Shown piece after piece: positions 50,196-60,382 of a stretch of 64,000 nucleotides of DNA. Location: the NCBI GenBank assembly GCA_963753345.1, contig CAVWBU010000026.1:1-64000 (forward strand). The letters are read 5' to 3'. The number at the start of each line of letters is the position of its first letter. Position 1 is the stretch's first letter. A program made the translations under genes and the position numbers. The notes beneath the pieces were generated by a model, which had not been told where the DNA came from, did no database searches, and worked only from the letters and a program-made list of their open reading frames with translations. This DNA comes from an uncultured Fibrobacterota bacterium. Its GTDB lineage: Bacteria > Fibrobacterota > Chitinivibrionia > Chitinivibrionales > FEN-1185.

Positions 50196-52457
50196 ATGAA
50201 AAACGTCCATGCCGCCCTTCTCGCCGTGCTCGCCGTCGCAATGCTCGCCGGGGCCAAGATCCTCGACACGCTCGTGATCCAGGGCCTTTCGGTTCAGCAG
50301 CCGTCGCTGGTGAGAAACAGCATCGGCCTGCGGGAACACACCGACTTCAACGCTCAGGACGTGCAGCAGGCGCTCAAGAACCTTTACAAGCTCGGGTACT
50401 TCAAGTCCGCGGACTTCTATGTGACAAAGGAGACCGACTCCTCGGCGTCGCTTACGCTCGTGCTCGGCGAGTATCCCATGGTGGAGGTGGTTGAACTGTC
50501 GGGCAACAAGAGGCTCACCAAGAAGGATCTCGAGGAAAAGATGACCATGAAGAAGGGATCGGTGTGCAGCGACGCGCTCCTGTTCGAGAACACGGTGATT
50601 CTCAAGAAGCTGTATGCACAGAAAGGGTTTCACCTGGCCGACATCAAGACCGAGACCATGCCCACCAAGATCCCCGGCAATGTGCTTGTCAAATTCAAAT
50701 TCAACGACGGCCCCAAGGTGCTCATCAAGAAGATCATGTTCAAGGGCAACACCGCGTTCAAGGAAGGCAAGCTCAAGTGGACGTTCAAAACCAAGGAGCG
50801 TCAGTTCTTCTGGGGCGGCGATTTCGACGAGGAACAGTTTAAAAACAACCTCGACTCCCTCATTCTTTTCTACAACGACCAGGGATACGTGGACGCCAGA
50901 GTCGTGCACGACAGCATGTGGTACGGGCCGAACCAGAAAGACCTGTACGTCGCCATCGAGCTTTCCGAAGGCAGGCGGTTCGTCACCGGCGATTTCTATT
51001 TCACCGGCAACAAGGTGATCGAAACGGGGCGGCTCACCGGCACGATTCTCATGAAGAAAGGAAAGCCGTTCCAGAAAAGCAAGTTTGACGCCACCAAGGA
51101 ATTCGTGGTGAACTCCTACCGCGAGGAGGGGTATCTCTGGGTGCAGGTGCGCGACCGTCAGATGTTCCGCGGCGACACCGTCGACGTCACCTTCGACATC
51201 ACCGAAGGAAAACCGGCCATCGTGCGCAAGGTGGACGTCACGGGGAACCTGAAAACCAAGGAGAAAGTGGTGCGCCGCGAGCTTGCCATCATGCCGGGCC
51301 AGAAATACAAGCAGTCCCTGATGATGCGGAGCGTGCGCGACGTGTACCAGCTCAACTTCTTTAGCAACGTAAAGCCCGACCTCCACCCCAACGACGACGG
51401 CACGGTGGACCTTGAATTCGCCATCACCGAAAAAGAGAACATCGGCCAGCTCTCGCTGGGCGCCTCCTATTCGCAGATCGACGGCATCATGGGCACGTTC
51501 ACCACCTCGATCCCGAATTTCCGCGGCGCGGGCCAGCGGCTCGACCTCAATCTGGAATACGGCCAGAACCGCAAAGACGTTTCCGTGGGATTCATGGAGC
51601 CCTGGGCATTCAACACGCCGACCACCCTCAACGGCAGCATATTCGCCCTGTGGAGAAATTACTACGGCGAGCAGACGCAGTACGGGTTTACGGGCAGCGC
51701 CTCCCGCAAGCTCAAGTGGCCCGACGATTATTTTTCGGGGACCGTGGGATACGAATTCGCCTGGAAACAGGAAAGCGATACCACGACCACCCTGTATGCC
51801 AACGGCGTGCATCTGGAGCCCAGGGGGTTCCAGAGCAAGGTGTGGTTCTCGCTTGTCCGCTCCGACTTCGACATGCCCACCTTTCCCAACCAGGGTTCGC
51901 GCCTCGAGATTTCCCCCGAGATTTCGGGCGTAGGCGGCGATTACCGGTTTGTCAAGACGCAGGTCACCTACGACTGGTATTTCCCGCTGTTCTGGAAATT
52001 CGTGCTGTGCACCAAGTCGAAATTCGGGCTCATCACCCCGGCCGACGGTTCCGGGCAGATGCACCTTTCCCGGTACGACGCGTTCGCCGGCGGCGGGTCG
52101 TGGATCACCGACGGCATCATACGCGGCTACAAAGACCGCACGTTCGGCGGCGTGGATTACCCCCAGAACGGCGTGGCGCTTCTCACGATGTCAAGCGAAA
52201 TCCGGTTCCCGGTGATGGAGCAGACGCTGTATCTCTCGATGTTCGGAGACGCGGGCAACACGTGGCAAAGCCTGGAGCAGGTCGATCTCACCGACCTGTA
52301 TCCCGGCGTCGGTTTCGGGCTCAGGCTCGATGTGCCGATGCTCGGGCTCCTCGGGTTCGATTTCGGCTGGGGGCTCCGTGAGCCCAGCCAGTACAAGCAT
52401 TTCGGCATCGCGATCCATGGGTTCGAGTTCGGCTTCCAGCTCGGAAAGGGATTCTAG
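50196..52457 (+). CDS. bamA: Outer-membrane protein assembly factor BamA
   Basis: POTRA repeats (GNLKTKEKVVRREL), NFRGAGQ, IRGY, FGDAGN, terminal FQLGKGF. Confidence 0.96.
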   Translation: MKNVHAALLAVLAVAMLAGAKILDTLVIQGLSVQQPSLVRNSIGLREHTDFNAQDVQQALKNLYKLGYFKSADFYVTKETDSSASLTLVLGEYPMVEVVELSGNKRLTKKDLEEKMTMKKGSVCSDALLFENTVILKKLYAQKGFHLADIKTETMPTKIPGNVLVKFKFNDGPKVLIKKIMFKGNTAFKEGKLKWTFKTKERQFFWGGDFDEEQFKNNLDSLILFYNDQGYVDARVVHDSMWYGPNQKDLYVAIELSEGRRFVTGDFYFTGNKVIETGRLTGTILMKKGKPFQKSKFDATKEFVVNSYREEGYLWVQVRDRQMFRGDTVDVTFDITEGKPAIVRKVDVTGNLKTKEKVVRRELAIMPGQKYKQSLMMRSVRDVYQLNFFSNVKPDLHPNDDGTVDLEFAITEKENIGQLSLGASYSQIDGIMGTFTTSIPNFRGAGQRLDLNLEYGQNRKDVSVGFMEPWAFNTPTTLNGSIFALWRNYYGEQTQYGFTGSASRKLKWPDDYFSGTVGYEFAWKQESDTTTTLYANGVHLEPRGFQSKVWFSLVRSDFDMPTFPNQGSRLEISPEISGVGGDYRFVKTQVTYDWYFPLFWKFVLCTKSKFGLITPADGSGQMHLSRYDAFAGGGSWITDGIIRGYKDRTFGGVDYPQNGVALLTMSSEIRFPVMEQTLYLSMFGDAGNTWQSLEQVDLTDLYPGVGFGLRLDVPMLGLLGFDFGWGLREPSQYKHFGIAIHGFEFGFQLGKGF

Positions 52458-52523
52458 ACAGTTCTTGTCAATGTGGGATTGATGTTTAATGCGACGATCA
52501 CCATCAAATATCCGGAGGTTTTT

Positions 52524-53045
52524 ATGAATTCACGGTTTGCGATGTTCGGCATGCCGATTGTTCTGGCAGGTCTGCTTTCCATGACCGCTGCCCAGATGAA
52601 AGTCGGGTACATCAATTCTGAGGAGATCTTCCGCAATTACGCGGGCACCAAGGAGGCGCAGGAAAAATTCGACAAGGAAGTCGCCAAATGGGAACAGGAC
52701 GCCTCCACGCGCCAGAAGGAGATCAAGGACCTCAAGGACCAGCTCGACAAGCAGAGCCTGCTGCTCTCCGCCGAGCGGAGGACCGAGATCGAAGCGAAGC
52801 TCAAGCAGAAGATGCAGGAATACCAGGATTTCCTGCAGACGAAGTTCGGGCAGAAGGGCGAGGCGCTTTCGAAAAACGAGGAGCTCACCAAGCCCATTAT
52901 CGAGAAGATCCAGAAAATCATCGACAAGATCGCGAAGGAGGACAACTACGACTTCATTTTCGACGCCCGCGCGGGCGGGGTGATCTTCGCGAAAAAGACC
53001 TTCGACCTTACCGAACGCGTGCTTAACATTCTCAACAAGGAATAG
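52524..53045 (+). CDS. skp: OmpH/Skp periplasmic chaperone
   Basis: KVGYINS, coiled coil, YDFIFD, DLTERV; between bamA and lpxD. Confidence 0.93.
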   Translation: MNSRFAMFGMPIVLAGLLSMTAAQMKVGYINSEEIFRNYAGTKEAQEKFDKEVAKWEQDASTRQKEIKDLKDQLDKQSLLLSAERRTEIEAKLKQKMQEYQDFLQTKFGQKGEALSKNEELTKPIIEKIQKIIDKIAKEDNYDFIFDARAGGVIFAKKTFDLTERVLNILNKE

Positions 53046-53050
53046 GCTGC

Positions 53051-54091
53051 GTGAAGCTCTCCCGCATCGCCCGCGAACCTCGGGATGCGCGCTCTGACCC
53101 CGCTCTGGGAGACATCGAGATCCGAGGCCTTGCAGACCCGGGGGAAGCCGACGAGCATAGCCTCACGTTCGTGTCCGACCCCAAGTACCTGCCTCTCGTG
53201 GAGCAATCCAGGGCCGTTGCCGTTATTGTCAAGAAGGGAAAGCCGGCCGCCGGAAAGCTCTGCCTCGAAGTGGACGATCCCTACGTCGCGTTTGCAAAGG
53301 TGGCGCAGCTGTTCGAAGACCGCTCGCCGCTGTTCGAGGGGCCCGTGCACCCCACGGCCGCGGTTCATCCGTCCGCGCAGGTTGACAAAACGGCGTTCGT
53401 CGGGCCATGTTCGGTAATCGGCAAAGACTGTAAAATAGGAGCGCGAACCATTGTGGGAGCGCACTGCGTGGTCGAAAACGGGGCCACGGTGGGCGACGAC
53501 TGCCGCATCGATTCGGGCGCCGTTGTCCGCAGGAAGTGCAGGATAGGAAACAGGGTGATCATCCAGTCCGGCGCGGTTGTAGGCTGCGAAGGGTTCGGCA
53601 ACGCGCGCGACGGCGAGAAATGGGTACGCATCCCGTCGTTCGGCACAGTGATCATCGAAGACGACGCGGAAATAGGCGCCTGCACCACCATCGACCGCGG
53701 GACCCTGGAAAACACGATTATCGGCCGAGGCGCACGGCTTGACAATCTTGTTCAGGTCGCGCACAATGTGCGCATCGGCGACCATTGCGCCGTGGCGGCG
53801 CAGGCAGGGTTTTCCGGCAGCACGCACCTCGGCAAGCGCGTGATCGTGGGCGGCCAGGCCGGGTTCGCGGGCCATCTTGAAATCGGCGATGATGTATTTG
53901 TCAATGCACAGTCGGGCGTCGGCAAGGACATCGAAAAAGGCGCAAGGATTTCCGGCTCGCCCACGCGCGATTTTATGACCCTGCGCAGGGCCGAGGCCGC
54001 GCAAATGAAGCTTCCCGAGGCGCTCAAGGAGATAAAGCGGCTGCGGCAGGAGCTTGACGAGGTGAGGGCTGTGCTTGACAAGAAGAAGTGA
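53051..54091 (+). CDS. lpxD: UDP-3-O-acyl-glucosamine N-acyltransferase
   Basis: Hexapeptide repeats, [20 protein letters not shown]. Confidence 0.96.
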   Translation: MKLSRIAREPRDARSDPALGDIEIRGLADPGEADEHSLTFVSDPKYLPLVEQSRAVAVIVKKGKPAAGKLCLEVDDPYVAFAKVAQLFEDRSPLFEGPVHPTAAVHPSAQVDKTAFVGPCSVIGKDCKIGARTIVGAHCVVENGATVGDDCRIDSGAVVRRKCRIGNRVIIQSGAVVGCEGFGNARDGEKWVRIPSFGTVIIEDDAEIGACTTIDRGTLENTIIGRGARLDNLVQVAHNVRIGDHCAVAAQAGFSGSTHLGKRVIVGGQAGFAGHLEIGDDVFVNAQSGVGKDIEKGARISGSPTRDFMTLRRAEAAQMKLPEALKEIKRLRQELDEVRAVLDKKK

Positions 54092-54352
54092 GGCGTTTTG
54101 TTGACCCGTGCGACTGGTCGTTCGCCCTGAGCCGGTCGAAGGGCGGCAGCCGGCAATCGAGATCATGAAGTCGAAAGGATTTCAACACAGGGCGCAAGGA
54201 AAATCGAGAGGATGATGGGGGTTGCAGGGATTTGAAACCGGGATTCCAATCCCTCGACTATCGGATCGGTCATCCAAGTGCAACTTCCTGCTGTCAACCG
54301 TCAACATTCAACTCGGGCTCCGGGAATTAACAATTAAGAAGGACTATATCCA

Positions 54353-55738
54353 ATGCCCCTCCAGCACACCATCCAGAAAGCGGTTTCTCTTGCCGGCACC
54401 GGGTTGCACACCGGCGACACCACCAGGGTAACGCTTCATCCCGCGCCGGAGAATTACGGCATACGGTTCGTGAGGACCGACGTCAAGGGCGCAACCGAGA
54501 TCGAGGCCGACATCGACAACGTGGTAGACCTGGCGCGCGGCACCGCAATAGGGAAGAACGGCACCAAAATCAACTCGGTGGAACATCTCATGAGCGCGTT
54601 TGCCGGGCTCGAAATCGACAATTGCAGGGTGGAGGTTGACGCGCAGGAAGTGCCGCTCATGGACGGCAGCGCGCTCCCGTTTGTCGAGCTTATCCAGAAG
54701 GCCGGCATCATTGAACAGGCGGCGCAGCGCGAATTCCTCACCATCGACGATTACATGCTGGCGGAAATGAAGGACAACATCACCTTCGGTATCCTGCCGT
54801 CCAACACCTTCCGCGCCACCATCATGATCGACTACAATCATCCCGCGCTCGGCGCCCAGCACACCACGCTCTTTTCGCTTCGGGACTACGTGACCGACTT
54901 CGCTCCGGCCCGCACCTTCTGCTTCCTTTCCGAAATAGAAAAACTCCGCGAGGCAGGGCTCATCAAGGGCGGACGGCTCGACAATGCGGTGGTCGTGCAG
55001 GACGTGGAGCTCACCGCCGACCATATCGCGTATATCCGGAAACTGTTCGACTGGAAGGGTCCTATTGAAAAGGGCAATAATGGATTTGTCAACGATACCA
55101 AACTCAGGTTTCCCAACGAGCTTGCCCGCCACAAGATGGTGGACATGCTGGGCGATTTCTACCTGCTCGGCAAACCCCTGCTTTGCCACATCCAGGCGGC
55201 GCGCACCGGCCACGCCGCCAATATCGAAATGGCGAAGAAGATCCGCGACCATCTCCGGAAGAAGAAAAAGAAAAGCGAAGAGGGCGAAGCGCCGCCGCCG
55301 GTAAGCTTTGAGGAAATTCTCCAGATTCTTCCGCACCGCTATCCGTTCCTCCTCATAGACAGGGTGCTCGAACTGGAGCCGCGAAAGAAGATCGTGGCGA
55401 TCAAGAACGTCACGGCCAACGAGCCGTTTTTCCAGGGGCATTTTCCCGGCGATCCCATCATGCCGGGCGTGCTGCAGATCGAAGCCATGGCCCAGGCGAG
55501 CGGAATCATCGGGCTCGGCAAGAAATTCGACAAGGGAAACGCCATCGCGTTCCTCGGCATCGACAAGGCGCGGTTCCGCGGCTGGGTGAGGCCGGGCGAC
55601 GTGCTGCGCATCGAAGTGGAGACCCTGCAGGACCGGCGCAGCACCATGCGGTTCGCGGGCAAGTGCACGGTGAACGGCAAGGTGGTGTGCGAGGCCGAAA
55701 TACTCGCCATGGTCGGCAAAAAGGGAGACGAGCTCTAG
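54353..55738 (+). CDS. lpxC/fabZ: Bifunctional LpxC deacetylase / FabZ dehydratase
   Basis: GLHTG, VEHLM, PLMDGSA, ARTFCF, RHKMVD; then LPHRYPFLLID, FQGHFP, MPGVLQIEAMAQ. Confidence 0.96.
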   Translation: MPLQHTIQKAVSLAGTGLHTGDTTRVTLHPAPENYGIRFVRTDVKGATEIEADIDNVVDLARGTAIGKNGTKINSVEHLMSAFAGLEIDNCRVEVDAQEVPLMDGSALPFVELIQKAGIIEQAAQREFLTIDDYMLAEMKDNITFGILPSNTFRATIMIDYNHPALGAQHTTLFSLRDYVTDFAPARTFCFLSEIEKLREAGLIKGGRLDNAVVVQDVELTADHIAYIRKLFDWKGPIEKGNNGFVNDTKLRFPNELARHKMVDMLGDFYLLGKPLLCHIQAARTGHAANIEMAKKIRDHLRKKKKKSEEGEAPPPVSFEEILQILPHRYPFLLIDRVLELEPRKKIVAIKNVTANEPFFQGHFPGDPIMPGVLQIEAMAQASGIIGLGKKFDKGNAIAFLGIDKARFRGWVRPGDVLRIEVETLQDRRSTMRFAGKCTVNGKVVCEAEILAMVGKKGDEL

Positions 55739-56553
55739 TGGGAACGGCCATCCATCCGACGGCGATAGTTGACAAAGGCGCATTGCTCGGCGCCGATGTG
55801 ACCATTGGCCCCTTTACCGTGGTGGAAAACGAGGCGACCGTCGGCGACCGGTGCGAAATCGGGTCGCACGTGACCATTTCTGGCGGAACGCGGCTCGGCG
55901 CCGGATGCAGGGTGTTCAAGGGCGCAAGCCTCGGCGACAAGCCGCAGGACCTCAAATTCGGCGGCGAAACTACCCTTCTGCGCATCGGCGACAACTGCAC
56001 CATACGGGAATTCTGCACGCTCAACCGCGGCACCAAGGCCACGGGCGAGACGGTGATCGGAAGCAACTGCCTCCTCATGGCCTACTGCCACGTGGCGCAC
56101 GACTGCCGCATCGGCGATTTTCTTATCGCAGCCAACACGCTCAACCTCGCGGGGCACGTTGAGATCGGCCATCACGTGAACATCGGCGGCACCTGCGCCG
56201 TCACCCAGTTCCGCAAGATCGGCGACCACTGCCATCTGGCCGCATATTCCCTTATTGTCAAAGACGTGGTTCCGTTCGCCATCACCGCGCCCGATCCGAT
56301 GCGCGTGGTGGGCATCAACCGCGTGGGCCTGGCGCGCGCCGGGTTTTCCGAGGAGCGCCGCCGAAACGTCATGCGGGCGTACAAAATCCTGTTTCGATCC
56401 GGCCTCACGGCAACCGAGGCGTGCGCCCGGCTCGCCGCCGACTTCACCGGCGACGCCGACATCGAGAACCTGATTGCCTTTGTCAAGAGCTCGACACGCG
56501 GGCTCCTGCGCATGCGGGACGGCGCCGAAACCGACCGGGATGCCGTGGCGTAG
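55738..56553 (+). CDS. lpxA: Acyl-ACP--UDP-GlcNAc O-acyltransferase
   Basis: GTG start; IHPTA, PQDLKF, IREFCT.NRGT, MAYCHVAHDC. Confidence 0.96.
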   Translation: MGTAIHPTAIVDKGALLGADVTIGPFTVVENEATVGDRCEIGSHVTISGGTRLGAGCRVFKGASLGDKPQDLKFGGETTLLRIGDNCTIREFCTLNRGTKATGETVIGSNCLLMAYCHVAHDCRIGDFLIAANTLNLAGHVEIGHHVNIGGTCAVTQFRKIGDHCHLAAYSLIVKDVVPFAITAPDPMRVVGINRVGLARAGFSEERRRNVMRAYKILFRSGLTATEACARLAADFTGDADIENLIAFVKSSTRGLLRMRDGAETDRDAVA

Positions 56554-56578
56554 GACGCGCGGGCGCCCTTACTCACCC

Positions 56579-56696
56579 ATTGAAAGACCCCGCAGCAAGC
56601 TGCGAGGAATCTTTCCATCCCTATGGAAAAAAACATATTAATAGTCGCTCGCTATCCCCGAAGCAAGCTTCGAGGAATGCGCTCGCGTGGGATTCA
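56579..56696 (-). mobile_element. Two-hairpin element, copy 2 (same family as 36552-36663)
   Basis: Reverse complement TGAAT-CCCACGCGAGCGC-hairpin-ATAGCGAGCGA...TTCCATAGGGATGGAA-hairpin-TCTTTCAAT has the same layout as copy 1. Confidence 0.75.
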
Positions 56697-56711
56697 CAAA
56701 AAGGAAAACCA

Positions 56712-57281
56712 GTGACCGTTTCGTACTCCCCGGAGGTGTGCCGGGAATTTGAACAGGCGTACCAAAGGTTGGACCTATTCCGGCCCGCGCCCGCTTCGCG
56801 CTACGACGAAGGCGCGCTTCTAACCTACGACATGGAGCCTGTCGCTCTGCGGGGCGCCCAGAAAAAATGCCGAGCCGAGGTGAGGGTGGAACGTTTTGTG
56901 GGCGGCGGTTTTGCGGGTCAGGTGTACAAAGTGCGCGTCGAGAGCCTGGGACCGCAGGGACTTCCCGGCGTGGCCGTGGGCGGCGTGTACGCTTTGAAAA
57001 TTCTCATACCGCCGTCGGCATTCTCCAAATGGTTCCGCGACGCGCTTTATGCAATCGGGTTCCAGGGATCCTTTCAGCCCCAATGCAATCCGGCCGCCGC
57101 CAGAAGCGGCGCACTGTGGCAGAAGTTCATCCGCCGGGCGGCCCGCGTGAGGTTCGGCGACGAACGCATGGTCAACGATGTTCACGCTACCTTTGCCGAC
57201 ACAGCGCTCGGCAGCATGGGGGAGCTAAAAAGGAAGACCAGTGACCGTTTCGTACTCCCCGGAGGTGTGCCGGGAACTTGA
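56712..57281 (+). pseudogene. Truncated tandem duplicate of the 5' ~510 bp of the next gene
   Basis: 56712-57223 nearly identical to 57241-57752, including the upstream AAAAGGAA.ACCA RBS region. Confidence 0.8.
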
Positions 57282-59747
57282 ACAGGCGTACCGAAGTTTG
57301 GACCTGTTCCGGCCCGCGCCCGCTTCGCGCTACGACGAAGGCGCGCTTTTAACCTACGACATGGAGCCTGTTGCTCTGCAGGGCGCCCGGAAAAAATGCC
57401 GTGCCGATGTGAGGGTGGAGCGTTTTGTGGGCGGCGGTTTTGCGGGTCAGGTGTACAAGGTGCGCGTCGAGAGCCTGGGACCGCAGGGACTTCCCGGCGT
57501 GGCCGTGGGCGGCGTGTACGCTTTGAAAATTCTCATACCGCCCTCGGCATTCTCCAAATGGTTTCGCGACGCACTTTATGCAATCGGGTTCCAGGGATCC
57601 TTTCAGCCCCAATGCAATCCGGCCGCCGCCAGAAGCGGCGCACTGTGGCAGAAGTTCATCCGCCGGGCGGCCCGCGTGAGATTCGGCGACGAACGCATGG
57701 TCAACGATGTTCACGCTACCTTTGCCGACACAGCGCTCGGCAGCATGGGGGAGATGAGCGATTGGATCGCCGGCCGCACCTGGCGGCTGGAGATTGACGA
57801 ACGCATGGACCTCCTGGGCCGGTGGACGCGGGGCAAAAGGGTTGACGAAGCGAAACTCGGATCGCCGGAGTATCGGGCGAAAAAACGGTTCATGGCCGAT
57901 TTCGTTGCTCTGTTGCACGACGTCGGCGCCCACGAATTTGCACGGCAGTACGAATGGAGCACATGGAAGAGCCAGCCCAACTGCCTCAAACGCCTCGAAA
58001 CCGACAACGAGCCGGCCGGCGGGCTTGTCGCGGTTGATTTCAGGTCGGGCCTGGCGCTCCTGCCCTTTTTGCCCATGAGCCCCGGCGACGTGGTGCTGAT
58101 CTTTAAAGGGCTTGCCCGGGGAAGCATTGTCCAGTTTGACCGCGGCGATGTGAAGAAGCTCGAAGCGTTCGTAGCGTCGCACCGGGAACAGTTCCGAGAC
58201 ATGGATGGCATGCTTGACGAACTCAAAGCCGCGGAGGCGATCTACCGCGACTCGATTTTGGATATCACGCACAACCACATCCGGGTTCTTGGAAGCCGCC
58301 GTCTCTGGAAAACGATGCTTGACAGCGCAGTAACCGGATGGAGCATCCGGGGCGTGGTTGACGCCGCAGGCGAGCAGGCGCTTCGGAAGAATAGCCCTCA
58401 AAACCGTGCTCTTCTCCCTTGCCGGTTGTGTTCCGGTTGCGGGAAAAATTGTCCGCCGCCTGTGGGCCCATGCAGGGGTGGCGGCGCCACTACTGGCGGC
58501 TGGTGACAAGCGGGAAATACCTTGGCCGTGCGGTCAAGGGGAAGATGATGGAAAAGGCGGTCACATGGTACAGGGCGGGCCGTATTGACGAACGCGAAGC
58601 ACGGGCCGTCGCGTCGTCGTTCGGCCGTTTCTGCCTCCACGTCTGCCTGTCGCTTCTGCCCGCCGGTTTCCACAAATTCCTGACCAATTGGGAATTCGCC
58701 AAAGATCGCATCGACTACATTTTTATCCGTCCGTTCCGGCTTTTTTTCAACAGCGCCGCGCGCGAGCGATGGCTTCTTGACATGGTGCGCGAAGGCCGCG
58801 AGAAGCGTCAGATCAGCGACAGCGATGCCGGGACGATCGCTTCGCAGGTGCATGAGCCTTTCATCCAGAAGTACCTCAAGAGCCTTGCGGTCCACGTCTG
58901 TTTGGCGCCGACCACCCATGTCGTGGCGATCGCGCTTGCCATCTGGTATGTCGTCGCGCACCCCGGCATGCCCCGGGCGCAGGCCTGGGCGGTGGGCGCG
59001 GGCATCGTCGCGCTATTCCAGGTGATCCCCATTTCCCCGGGATCGATCGCGCGGGGCATCTACGTGCTGTATCTTGTCATCAGGGAGCGCACCGTTAAGG
59101 ACTACAACATCGCGCTCGTGCTGGCCTTTTTCAAATATGTCGGGTACCTGGCGTTTCCCATTCAGATGACCTACCGCTATCCGGTTCTTGCCCGGTTTAT
59201 GGCCATGGAGTGGGCCACGGGCGCGGTGCACATCGTGCCGGTGTTCGGCGAGAGCGGCGCGCTCCTGGAGCATGGGGTGTTCGGTTTTTTCTACAACTGG
59301 CCGTTGACAATTCGAAACAGGGTGGGCCGCCGCGACCGTCGGCGCGCATCGCTTCCCGCCCGTCGCTGGCATATCGGCGCGTGGGCGATCGTGGGCGCGG
59401 CGGTGATGGGCGCGGCCGAGTATCTCTTTCAGAACAAGCTCCACGCTCCGCCCACGCTTAAGAACATGGCATTGCCCATGGTCGTTGTGCCGTTCCTCTT
59501 GGGCGCGGCCGTCACGCTGGGGTGCGGCGGTGCAGCGCTTCAGAAGCGCATTGTGTCGGCTGCACTTTCGGGCGTACTCATGGGAATTCTCGCGACAGGG
59601 ACTTCCGTTTACCTGGGCACGGTGCAGACAGGGGTTTTGCACCTGCTTGCCGGTTTTGTGTGGCGCGTATTCCTTTTCGCCCTTTTTGCGGCAATTAGTG
59701 CCATGTTGACAGAGGTGTTCATTCCGGACCGCGACGGTGTCATATAA
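57241..59747 (+). CDS. Protein-kinase-like domain + C-terminal multi-TM protein; two apparent +1 indels (58396, 58478)
   Basis: VGGGFAGQVYK (Gly loop), YALK, KSQPN, VDF; frames join as ..RKNS|LKTVLF...WAHAG|WRRHYW.. Confidence 0.65.
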
Positions 59748-59779
59748 GTTAAGCACTATTTATTCTTTTTATTTTCTCT

Positions 59780-59939
59780 GGGCGTTCCCCTCGCCTTCGG
59801 TAAACCTCGACTGGGTCGGCCCTCGCTCCGGGCTCGGCTGACGGCCTCGGGCTGCCGGACCGCCCCAAGGCCGGCGTACCGGCGGGGTCCGGGCGGCATC
59901 CGCTTTGGCGGACACTCCGTTCCGCCTAACGCGCGGCAG
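59780..59939 (+). repeat. Structured repeat family I, copy C
   Basis: GGGCGTT...TCGGCCCTCGCTCCGGGCTCGGC...CCTAACGCGCGGCAG. Confidence 0.8.
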
Positions 59940-60021
59940 GGGAAGTCTATTCAGTCAATTACTTCTTCTCTCGCCAATCGGGTTCCGCAAACACGATCAA
60001 TAAAGGTTAATTCTTTGGGTT

Positions 60022-60077
60022 TTCAACTCCTCAACTTCTCAACCTCTCAACTGCTCAACTACTAAACTTTTCAACTC
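60022..60077. repeat. Seven degenerate tandem octamers (YTCAACTN)
   Basis: TTCAACTC CTCAACTT CTCAACCT CTCAACTG CTCAACTA CTAAACTT TTCAACTC. Confidence 0.8.
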
Positions 60078-60084
60078 TTTCTCT

Positions 60085-60232
60085 GGGTGCCCCCACAGCA
60101 AAGCATCTTTCTTGCAGACTGCAACTCTCAAGGGGGTTACCCACGAGGGGGTAGCGCAGGACCGGACGCGCATTTTGAAATACTGGTTTGTAAATGGTGC
60201 GTCCGGCGCGCAGCGAGGGGGAAACTTCCCCC
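60085..60232 (+). repeat. Structured repeat family II, copy 1
   Basis: GGGTGCCCCC-ACAGCAA..TCTTGCA..TCAA-GGGGGTTACCC..GAGGGG..AGGAC-hairpin..GGGGGAAACTTCCCCC. Confidence 0.7.
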
Positions 60233-60382
60233 ACCATAAAATCCTATTATCTAAATACATTCAGACAGGCTGCAGGCAAAATGGCTGGCGCATTGGTTAT
60301 TTTGATACACAGGGTCATTATGGAAACATCAACATGGTGAGGTCAAACTCATGCCGATTCTATTCCTTGCTCTCTTGTTGCA

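Noticed and set aside
54123-54145. Short REP-like palindrome CGCCCTGAGCCGGTCGAAGGGCG between lpxD and lpxC
   Set aside because: Single copy in the window; cannot be established as a family or regulatory element from this sequence
43873-55783. Long antisense ORFs over clpC, bamA, lpxD and lpxC/fabZ
   Set aside because: Typical antisense frames of high-GC3 conserved genes
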